This document shows positions 27,323 to 39,445 of a DNA stretch of 64,000 bases, one piece after another; the first letter of the stretch is position 1; each line of letters begins with the position of its first letter. The notes below the pieces were generated by a model, which saw only the letters and a program-made list of their open reading frames with translations, was not told where the DNA came from and ran no database searches. Made by a program: the position numbers and the translations under genes. The stretch lies in assembly GCA_012295275.1 (NCBI GenBank), contig CM022665.1, positions 7,440,001 to 7,504,000 of the forward strand. The letters run 5' to 3'. Origin of the DNA: Chrysomallon squamiferum (Eukaryota > Animalia > Mollusca).

Positions 27323-30300
27323 CTATATAAATAAATAAATAATTGATAATGATGATGAAAATAAACACATGCAATAAAATAACTTATTCTTAACTGCTAA
27401 GGAAGGATTATAAATGCTAATCCATAATAATTGTTTTACAATTTCATAAAAAACAACATATTTTTTTTTACCACAAGCAGTTATCAACACACTGAAATGA
27501 CAAATAAAGTTTACATGGATATGCATGGTATAATAAACTTCAGAAATAACAAACTTTATCCAGCTGTACAGTTGTCTTCCTTAAATTGGTTACATGCATC
27601 ATTCATGTCAGCAAAGATAACTGGAAAAGAATTTTATTATTTATTTTATTCAGATCTCCAAACATTCACTTAAATTAGGAAGAAGGAAAAAAAAATTCAG
27701 AATTTAGGCTAAATTAATTAAATAACATACTTTGCACTGAATTAGAAATATGATTTTAATAACAAAATTAAAGTGAAATAAAACAGTAAACAAACAAGCA
27801 AATAAATAAATAAACAAGTAAACTTGACAGAATTCTCTTTACAGTAAGCAGTAAACAAGACGTGTATTATCAACATTACGTACTGGTTAGTCATAAAGGA
27901 ATTTGCTGAAATGAGTAACAGAACATCTGAAAAAGACTGGCAATATAAAATGTAATTGTGCAGTCAATAAGAAATTAAATTGGCTTTGAATATTTACAAA
28001 GTCACAGATATTTTGATCATGCACAAAACTGAAAATAATTAACATTTTTGGCAACTATTAAGATACTTTGATGTTCTCTGGAAAGAATAAGGATTTAAAA
28101 AAAAGGAGAATCTTTTAAAGTATTTCAGACACCCCTGATCATATCAGTGACATGCAAGAAGAGTCACCTTAGTAGCTTTTCCTTTGGTAAGGTGACAGAA
28201 TTTTTCAGAAAAAAAAAAAATATGAATTTATTGTAATATTATAAATCTGAAAGAAAAGGATGTTGAGTATTAGAGTGAGAGAATATATGAGACAAAGGGA
28301 ATTAATAACGGAACAGTTGGAGAAATGAGCAAAACAAAACAATAATACTGTTTATATTTGGGTTCTATTATGTCTGCCAGGAGGAGAAACAAAATCAAAT
28401 TTTTTTATTTCTGTGATTTTTATTTTATTTTTATTAATAAAAAAAATTCTTTGGTTTTTAATTTGTTAAATGCTCAGCACTGTAATTATTCACTGGGTAT
28501 ATTTATAATTATAATTTCAGATACATTGTATATTTTGTAGTATAAACCACTTGTGTTTGTCCATCTAATCCTTTAGTTTTCAGAATCTAACAACAAAAAC
28601 AACAAAAAACAAACAAATTCAAATCTAAATGCAGATTTATTCCCAAATCACCAATCAGCAAAATAATGTGTGTGCAGAAAATAGTTTTATCAGAGTATAA
28701 TAATCAATTAACATAAAATATTTAATCCTATGTTTTAAAAAATTAAATCACTTGATGAATTAAAAAAAAAACTTCCTTTACACTGTACAAATAAAATTAG
28801 AAACTGATTATTATTTAATAAAACAATTAATATTTAAAGATAAATGGTTTGTTAATAATATTTTCTAATTGCTTTAAAAAAAAAGAAAAAAAAAGAAGTA
28901 TATTATGACCAATAATTGATGATAAACTCATTTTCAATATTTTTATCCTAAAAACGAACTTCACAAATAGGCCGATGCTCAGTTATAATGGGATTTTAGG
29001 ATTAGTCTATTTTGGTGTGTCCTATGGATGATTTCCGTTTGCAAAAAAAAAAAAAATTTATTATAGCAGTCTATTTGAATAACTTACATTATTCTTATGT
29101 AATAACTTACTTTATTTTGAATTTTTATTCAAATTATATTTTTTTCTCTATATTAGAATTTAAAACTAAATCTATTTCAGTTAATATCAGTTATAAACTA
29201 AACTGCACAAAAAAATTAAATATTCTGGATTACAAGAGCAAAAGTATATGATCATGTTAACAAACAAATAGTTAACTAAATAAGTGATGGAAGTGAAATT
29301 TGTTCAGTACAACACTGCTTGAGAATATCAAGACACATTATGTTTTCTTCTCTGTATTAGATTTTATAACTAAACTGCACAAAGATTTAAAATATTCTGG
29401 ATTATAAAAGCAAAACTTATCTCAAAGAAACATGTAACAGTATCCTACAAAGCAATGTTGTGATTTTTGTTGTTTACATCTTGATTACTCTTATGGATAA
29501 ATAAATCAGTTTTTCTAATTACAATGGCTTTTTAACTTTTTCTTGGACACTTGCATACATCTGGCTTTCATGCAGCCATCAAATGTAATTTAATTGTTTG
29601 CATTTTTAGCCATCCAGACTGACCAACAAAACATTAAATTAGTCCATAACAAAAAACAAAAACAAAAATTAATAAACTCATTAAACTGTATTGTGCATAA
29701 CAAGAAACATTTTATTTTATCACTGTATGTGTACTTAATTAAAATCATAGATTATGAAATACATTTTGTTATTATTGTTATATGCTTTGTATGATGTTTT
29801 CTCAAATTTTTTTTTAAAATAAAGTGAAATAATAATTAGTGATACAAAAAATTAATTATAAATAAAAACATCAATATAAATAATGCAAACAATTAATTAA
29901 TTAAATAAATGTGCAATATGCACAAGTTTTATATATTCTTTTCCTCTGATAACTCTGCATCAGCACATCAAAGAAAAGGAAAAGAAAATGATTATATTTT
30001 ATTGCTAGAGCCAAGTTTACCACTGTCTTTTTCTTGGCCTATTCTGATGACAGGCAACTGCAGCATCCACCTTTCTTGATAAAGAACTAAAAATAAGTTC
30101 ATAAGTTATCTATCAATATCTAATGGATCTGGAGCACCAAATTTATAAAATTTATGCACAGATGTAGAAAAATACAGTTTTTAAGTGGTGCCACATTTTT
30201 TTTTTTACCTCTCTGAGTGTCATCAAGCCTAGTCACATTGTGTCTTAAACAGCTCAATGAAACAGGAGGAAGACTAATGCCAAAATTACCAAAGACATAA

Positions 30301-31525
30301 GGAAATATTGCTTCAGTTGAATGGAAATTCTATTATAAATACTCTGAGGGTGAATGACAGTTTATCAGGTAACTGGTTGAAATAGATGCCCGGAATTATT
30401 AGTGATTTGTGATGACCAACACTGATATCACTATCCAGGGCACAGATTACAGTAATTATTAATTTCACCATTTTTACATTAGTTATTTTCTCCACCAATC
30501 TTTTATTCTGAATATTTTTGACTTGACACTGTTAGTGAATTCAGTATTGGAAAATCTCATTAATATAAGCATATTAATAATTCAAAATCAAGCATAAGTC
30601 ATACATCGTAAGCATTATTCAATTTGTTACAAGTGCATTATTAAAATATGTATAAACCACAAAATACTGCAACATGAATGATTTGCAGCATTAAGTCTCG
30701 CACACACAAATTGTATATTTAAAAAACATATGTTAAATATAGTTCTAATTTTTTTTATTAATGTTTTATTCTTTTTTTCTTTTTTTTTAAAATTATTATA
30801 TTTATTATTACTTTTATTTTTTTAAATGATCCTTTATTATTATTATTATTATTTTTTGATATACATCTATGCAAGTTTCTTACATTTTGTACTCATAAAC
30901 AAAGATAAATTTATAGTCCACAATTTGCTGATTGTTACATTATTTTAAATTAAAATACCAAACCATAAATTTTATACAGTAAGGCTGTACAAAATAATAT
31001 TTAAAATAACTGACATAAATAAGTCAAGTCACAGTACTAACAAATTTAATTGTAGCCAGCAATTCAGTCTTTGTCTTCTGTACTCATTTATGAAAAACAA
31101 AGAACAAAATCAAAATAAATAAAATTTTAAAATTTTTAAAAAATTAAAAATTAACAAGGGTTAATAAAACAGAAAAGTAGCATGGGGTAAAAAAAAAAAA
31201 AAATGCACAATTTAAACCCCAATGGATTATTATATAATCTAAAAATATTAACTATATAATTATTGGAATGTTTTGGGATGGTAGTGGCTTCTCAAATCGC
31301 TGCTCATTAAAAACTGAATGACTAGAATTAAATGACATTCAGTTGTAAACAATCTGCTTCTGAGCCGCGTGCGTGTGTGTGTGTGTGCACACGTGCACAT
31401 GTATAATAAAAGTTTTACAGTAGAATTTATTTTTCAAATGCTCATGAAGTGAAATATAATAATTGGAAATAAGATTTTTCTTTTCAAATATTTCACCTTT
31501 TCATGAATTATTAAAGAGGCTATAT

Positions 31526-34500
31526 CTATTTCTGACTATAATAAACAATGTATGATGGAAGAATGTGACTTGTGTTAAAAATAATCAACTCTTTTCCACA
31601 TGGTGAAACATGTGCGAATCGTAACCAGCCTGCAGATTGGCTCCCCTCATTACCTGTTGGCAAGTATATGCCTAGAAAAAGAAAATATACTCACATTAAA
31701 GACACATGACTGAAATAATGCTTACAAACAAAAAAGATTATCTTTTCAAAAATATATATAAATATTAAGAAATGATTTCAGGTAGCCATGTAATATGTTT
31801 TTAAAACTTTTATTTACATGTTACAGACTGGAACCCAATTAAAACATTGCTTCTCTAACTCACTTGTGTGCAAGTATGAGGGATAAAAAATATTTTCTAG
31901 TTTTAAAATTAATAAATATAATTTGAAAGAAAAATATATATGTCAACATGATTTTGGTTTTAGGTTACTTGTTTTGTTTATTTAATATTTTTTTATATAT
32001 ATATATTGACTGAAAATGAAATATATTAACTATCAATAACTTTATGTATATACCATCCCTAAACCATGTTTTCATAGTCAAAAGAGATTAATGTTTTAAT
32101 GATCACTCAGTGAAAGCACAGTTATTTAAGAGATACATTGGATATCAGTGATTCATACTTTCACTAGTAAATTTATGTCCCATCTTGAAGGGTAGGATGA
32201 CATATGTAATACCTACCGTATATACTTGTGTACAAGGCGACCTTATGTATAAGTCGATGTGTATTTTAAGACCAAAAATTGCGTCATTTTAGGTATTACT
32301 TGTGTATAAGTCGACTGTAGATTCCAGGCACCATCACTATTTTTAGACCAGTGTGACAGTGCCATGAAGGCCTACATTGTACGCCTACTGTAACATAACT
32401 TGCACAAGCTGTAACTTGCACGTGCAATTCAAAGTAAGATAATTTCGGAACCTCAGGAATATTTTTTTCTATCGAAACTCTGCTACAAGACACGCCCCCG
32501 ATCCTATTCCTAGCGCGCTAATTGGCCGAGGCTTCGCGCACTTGGCAACCGACTAGAATAACAAATATGGCAAGAAGTTGAACTGATTTTTGTTGCAGAA
32601 CGTTTATAGAAATTTAGTTTGTTTTCAATTTGTCGGTAGTGGATATTAATGACGATTGCAATATTATTTCACCAAATTCTTTACAATTACACAAGTGAGT
32701 TTTGTTTATGAAATTAGGACCAATATTTAGTGCAGTTTGGCAGAGAAGTCTGCATTCCTAGATCATTGCAAGACGCCGTAAGGCATAACGCCGTACTGAC
32801 GGTTTTCTCGCTTTAAAATGTATTTTTATGTCATTAAACGGAAGAATATCATGTTTTACATTCATATTTGGTTTTGTTATTTAATTTTTCAAAACATTTT
32901 ATACGATAAAATTATATTTTTGAAAAGCTGAAAGACCGCGATTATTTTAGATGCATCCAGTAGCAAAAAATAGTCAAAATGGCGACTCTTCAGCAACAGC
33001 TACAAAAGCATTACCTATGTAAAAGTCGACCCCCAAAATATTACCTTAATATAGTCTCCCAAAAATTCGACTTATACACAAGTATATACGGTAACTGATA
33101 TATGCTGTAAAAAACTCGTACTAAAAACTGAGTATGTCAAGTGTAAATTTGTATTTATCAAATGACTAAAAATGCTAATATTAATAATTAAGGTTGATTT
33201 TTTTAAAGTGAAAGAATTCAAAGCATAATATAAGGAATATCTAAAGAATGTGAACAATTAACTTTTGATACATTTGCCGTGATTTTTAACTCTGTTACAG
33301 TCACTGTTTCCATAATACTGATAGGTGGTAAACATTTATCACTTTTCAGCTCATTAATCTGTGTAAAACCTTTTCAGCTGGGTAGCTATGCCTACTAATA
33401 AAACTAATATAGCATGTAATTGTAGAAATTGTCCTTTGTCTATGAGAAAAAACAAAAAACATTTAACTATCTAACTGGAGGGTAGTTATGTCGAGCACGA
33501 TTTGGTTTCTAAGATTTTGTTAGCAAAGGTTAAATCTGGCAAACTAATGTCACAGTGTAGTGCTGAAGTTGAATTCCTTATGGAATAATATATTACTTTC
33601 AAAGATGAAAACTTGAATTCAGAGAAAATCAAAATATAATCTGTAAATAAACTGAAGAAGATATCAATTAAAAACACTGATAATGTTAACATCTGCCTAC
33701 ATCAGCTAAAGAAAATCAGTAAAGAACATATGTTAACAACAGAAAGAGATTTCATCTTTAAATTTCCCAAACATACTCATCAGTGCAGTATTTACATTAA
33801 TAGGAAATGCAAGCAGATGAACAAAATGAGGTGGTTTTATTTACTAAACGTCAGTAAAAATGGAAATATGCCATTACCACAGAGAAATAATCAGGAAACA
33901 GGTACAAACCTTTCCTTGTAAAATTTGACAAAGCATGATTGTAGTTGACCCATTTATGTAAGCCATAGAATATTCTGGATATTCACTGAAATACACACCA
34001 GCACCATAGTAACCACTGTCTGTCTTAGCTTGGAACCCACGATCACCTGAAGACACAAACATTGATAAGTTACTAACCTTTCCAATGAGTACTTGACACA
34101 GCATTAGTTGTGTGGCACCAGAAATATAATGCATTGAATAACTTGGATATTCACTGAAGTACACCCCACTGCCATAGTTGTTCCCAGATTTCATGACAAA
34201 ACCTGGATCTCCTAAAATCAAAATGTTGGTATATTAAATATGGAACATTTTAAAAAATGTGTTTTTGTTTTATTTTATTTTTTTTTTTTTTTTTTCCCAA
34301 ATGCTGGTAATATGATGACAAAAGCAAAAAGATGGATGAAATCCAGTGTTAGTTATGGAAAGAAACTATTAGTTGAAAATACTATTAAACAACAGAATTT
34401 TTTAGTTATATATACAAACAGTCTATAATGTCGACAATGATGGTAAACTGATTTTAGCATTGTAAAGAGGTAGGTCGTATAATAAGTTTTCTGAGATAAT

Positions 34501-37500
34501 GAATACCCAATACTTGCCCAGTTGTCTTTCAGAATAACAGAAAGTATGCTGAGTTACAGACCTATTTGTTTTGATTGCCCAGTAAGCTGGTAAATATTAA
34601 TGAATAAATTAAGAAAGAAAAAAAAAAAACAGTTAAAAAAACTGAAGTATTAAAAAGTATTTTCATTGCCTGTGTTCTTGTAATTCACCTTTTCTCAAAG
34701 AATTACATGACAGATGTCTGTTTTAAAGTCATACAAAGAATTACATGACATGTCTGTTTTAAAGTCAAAGAATTACTTGATAGATGTTTGTTTTAAAGTT
34801 GTACAAAGCATTACATGTCAGATGTCTGTTATAAAATCATACAAAGAATTACATGACAGATATCTGTTTTTGAAGTTGTACAAAACGTAAGTAAAAAAAG
34901 AAGTTGAGATTAATTATAAGACCATGTAACAATTTTATTCACAAAGTTACTGGAATACAAATGCAATATCTTAAAGTTTCAAAATGCTAAAACTGTTGTA
35001 ATGAATAAAAACTTGATTTTGAATTATGTGATGGTTCTTGAATGACATGTCGCTGTGACAAAGTGGACATGAATTTATACTATCACACATCAAGTCTATG
35101 TACAAGTACTACAATCTGATAATATCAAAAATACCAACTCAAAAGCATTGTTAGTAGAGCCATTCCAACGTTGATTTTCTCAGAAGTTTTTGAAAATCAC
35201 AACAAAGAAAAAATTCATTTTCATTCACAAAATACAACGCAAACATAAAACTGTGTGTTGACGATTTATACAGATCTGATGATCAGAGACAAGATCAACT
35301 GATGGTGGTTTATCAGGTAATTTTGCAATGTGTTTGCATTAGAGTGTATTAGCCAGTCTTGGTAGTTGGGGACAGGAGGGGCACATAAAGCAAATAATAT
35401 TATGTATATTTAAATACAGATGACTCGAGCACATTTTGGGGTGGTAATCAGGTATGGCAGTATACTTGGGTGTGTGTTCAAAAGAGGTTTAACAAACATA
35501 TATAATCAAATATGCTTTTGTAGCCACCTTGATATCTTCCAACAATGCATTTTACTATATATATATAAATTTATGTCTGTCTGTGTAAGTGCATGTGTAT
35601 TAAATAAACTGGTATGATACTGACAAATGTTTTGTGTTAGTTATTCATTAAAATTAAAATTAAGTACACTAATATACCTGGAGCTAAAAATCCTCCTTCA
35701 CAGATTTTCTTAATGTTATTGGTGTTTGTTCCATGAAAAGCTAAGACTGGGTATGACATATCTTCACCTCTTGTTTTCTTCAGATTCTGCTGAGCAGCTC
35801 TATACATAATTATAAAAAAAACACAATAATGTTTTCTAAAATAAACTTGCTACTTTAAAGATACTCATGTAACAAAACAAATTTTTAATAATTTCCAGTA
35901 AGATTTTGATTTCTCTCAAATATGTTTTGAAAATGTTATCAATTAGTCTCAAAGGATCTGGGTCTTTCAATATACAAGAAAACACTTAACTGTTGAAATC
36001 CAGTTGTGTGTTTTTTGCTGGAACTGGAATTGGACCAATTTTCTCTGATGGATTAATTAATATTTTTTTTATAATGGTGAAACCAGATTGATATTTCAAC
36101 CACTAAGGAACAATATTTGTATTTATCAGTACATGTTTTCATATTGTTTATCCCAATGTTATGATTAAATCTGTTGACCAATAAAACACAGATAAGATAG
36201 AATTTTTAATTTAAAACAAATATTGTTTTACAAATACTTGTGAAACCATATTACTTGCATCTTTTGGAATGGAAATGTTCCAGATATTTTGGTAATGTTT
36301 TTGAAAAAGATATAACAAAAGTTATGCAACCTTTAAACCATTGTAATTGTGATTAATTTTTATTTTCTAGTAGAATTGATAAAACATAATGAATGATTTA
36401 TATTTTGTGAATCTTGGAGAAATAAAGAATATAAGTTATATCTACCTGAATTTCTTCATGAGAACTGGATTTACCACATATTCAACCTTGTCAACACGAT
36501 AGCTTTAAAACAAATACATTTTACAAAATGAAATGAATGAAAATATATTAGTAACAAAAATGATCCATATAATTACAATTGGACATTTATGAATATAAAG
36601 TCTTCATAAAAAAAAAAAAAAATGTATATTATAATAATAATAATAAGCAGACAGATAAATAAATAAACAATTAGAATAATGAATTTTTTTTTTTTTAAAT
36701 ATGTAAAGAAAGAAAAATACTTCATTTAACAACATGCTCAACATATTTAATTCAGACAGTATATGCATGTTTACAGATGAGAGAGGAAACCTTTAACAAC
36801 TTTATAGTCAGCTACTTTTTTCAATTAACACCAAGAAATTTTCCAACATAAACCAGTCACTAGACACATCACTGAGAAGAATGCATCTGGAGATCTGTCA
36901 CACCTTAGGTCAGTAGTCTCAAGCATTACGAAGAAAAAATAAATATTCATACTCACAAAGTGAACAGACTGAGTCCTACTTATAATTTAAGTTTATGAAT
37001 ATCATAAGATTACAATACTGACAATCCTTCATCTGAAATGCTTGGGACTGAAAGAATGTTTAAGATTTTGGGATACAAGGATACAGCCTGAGAATAGGAT
37101 CTAAGTCTAAACACAAATTCCATTTTTATTTTATATACAACTTACACAAACAGACTGCAGGATTTTGCATATATTATTTTTAATGTTTTTAATGAAATAA
37201 AGTTAGTGTATGAAAACTGTAAGATATCACCATTTCAGATTTCAGACCTTTTCAGATTCTGGAATTTGAAACAAGTGAACCTCAACATGTACCAGGAAAA
37301 AAAAGTCAGTGGTGATACATACTGAGCTGATGATTCAAGCAGTCTAAGAAACTGAGACTCTGCTGTTCTGAAATGATGTTCTTCTGCTGTGTTTTTGTGA
37401 GCTCTTTCTGCATGGAGACTAAAATAAACTGTTTTGTTTCCTGACAGAGCTTCTTTCTCTCCCTTTACCAGTTTTGACTGACCTGGTCCTTGCTGAAATA

Positions 37501-39414
37501 GTTAAAAATTAGTTGTCAAAGAATTATTCAAAAACAATAATTTTAACTGAAGTAACTTCGTTTATGTTATTTTACTATTTTACTGTAAACATTTCTAGGT
37601 ACCCAAAACATTTAATGGTAATTACCTTTTCACATCTGCTAATATTAATTTTTACATTTTTTCCACTTTGTGGATATTCCTCCATCTTCTTGAGGTCGAC
37701 TTTATATAAACGCCCCTTGGGGTCTGTCACCTCCGTGAATCTCTCTTTAGTTTGATAAGCCTTTTCAAGCTTGGCATTAATACCACGACTGAATGCCTGA
37801 CTTTCACCGTGTCTGTCAATGTAGTACCACTGAACCAGATTAGCAACAACTTTGGCTTCTTGCTTTTTATCAGCAGCTGTTTTGATCTGTAAAAGTTTTT
37901 CTGAAATCTTCTCATAAGCCTTTAATACATCCTCTCTAACACCTGTAATTTTCACTAATTTGTTCTGAGACATGGATAACTGAACTTTGCATTTCTTGGC
38001 AATTTCATCAACAGCTCTTTTCTGAAATCAGCAAAAACAAAATTTGTTATCGAAAAATTCAAGAAAATTAAAAATAGAAATGCTCCCACCCCTATAAATG
38101 CATCCAAACTGAAAAACCCAGACTGAATTAAAAAAGCAAAAACACATAAAGAAGACATTAGTCTTTCTGTCTGTTCATATGTTATACTGGGTTGAGGAAT
38201 AAGTCATTGCAGTTAAATTAAATTTAATCATTACATAGAAGAAAACTTAAGCTTAACTGATAACAAGATGTAATTTAATCAATAATGCATACTACGTTGT
38301 TATTTAACACTTCTTCCCAACAGTCAACAAGTTTTTTGATGCCTCTGGAACAAAATTTGAATCAATTATGAACCGCAATGACTTATTCCTCCACCCATTA
38401 GTTTGATCTTTAATTAATTACAATTTTTTATGACATGATGGATCTTCCAGTGTAACATCTTTTAATTCTAATATTCAAATACCCAGTGATAATTTGCAAC
38501 TCAAAAATTAACTAACTTCTTCACTGGGTAAATCACCAAAGTTTCCACACAGATTTTCTGGTAATGTTTTGTCGTCAACAATCATTTTGCATTGTTCAAT
38601 GAAAGCCTCTCTGGCTGCAGCTAAACCATGATCGCCTTCAGCATAAATAGCAATGACACATTCTTCACTCAGGGACTGTTTCCAAGAATGTGAGGATCGC
38701 TTAAGCTTTACATCTCTGCAACCTAAAAATAAAATACAAAAAAAAAAAAAAAAAATTTAAAAATATTAATAATAATAAATAGTTCTGTTGAAAATAGAGA
38801 AACATTAATAATTTATTAAGTTTTTAGTTTTTTTATGTGTTAAATAAACAAAGACAGAAGTTATGATTCTAACACAAAAATGAGTAAAATGTTTGATAAC
38901 CAAACTTTAAACGTAACAAAGAATGATTCTTTTGTTGATTGTTGTAAAAGGTAAATGAGTTTGGGATTAAATCTATTGATTTAGTGCATAGGTGAAAAAG
39001 TACAGTTTGTGTACTCAAAAAGAAATGAAAATAATAATTTATAAACTGAATCTTTGGAATCAGTGATAGTTACAACAATGAAAGCACTATTATATATATA
39101 TATATATATATAATAAAGTAAATCAGTATATTATTACAACATTGCATGACCTATTTAGCCTACAAAATCACTGCTTATATTGTCAACACTAAGTAATAAC
39201 AAAACATTTTACAGGCCAACCACCAATAAAATAAAATTGAACTTAGCTTTAGTGAACTTTACAGAATATACAATTAAAACTTGTTGAAAAATAATGTGTC
39301 AGTTTTACAGTGTACATCAGTGATATAAAGTCTGCCTCAGATATTACAATCACAGAATCAATTCTTCTTAATGAATTCAACTGGCCAGCTGAAACCTATT
39401 TCAATCTTTAACAA

Positions 39415-39445
<31 letters not shown>

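Noticed and set aside
29192-29415. Local ~52-bp duplication (also the 19-bp direct repeat at 26568-26613)
   Set aside because: Ordinary short AT-rich duplications with no coding or structural signal.
31585-31600. Programmed -1 frameshift as the main explanation of the PARP frame break
   Set aside because: G_GAA_AAG is a poor eukaryotic slippery site, no stimulatory structure is evident, and deleting a CA restores the consensus DSHxSP more simply.
34696-34884. ~38-bp repeats (also 19025-19100 and 55250-55430) as a CRISPR-like array
   Set aside because: Head-to-tail units without unique spacers, in eukaryotic introns, with no cas genes.
39250-39395. Extra PARP exon (VSAGQLNSLRRIDSVIVI, vaguely like a macrodomain end)
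   Set aside because: Wrong phase for this phase-1 intron, with a stop after 11 codons in the required frame and no good donor.
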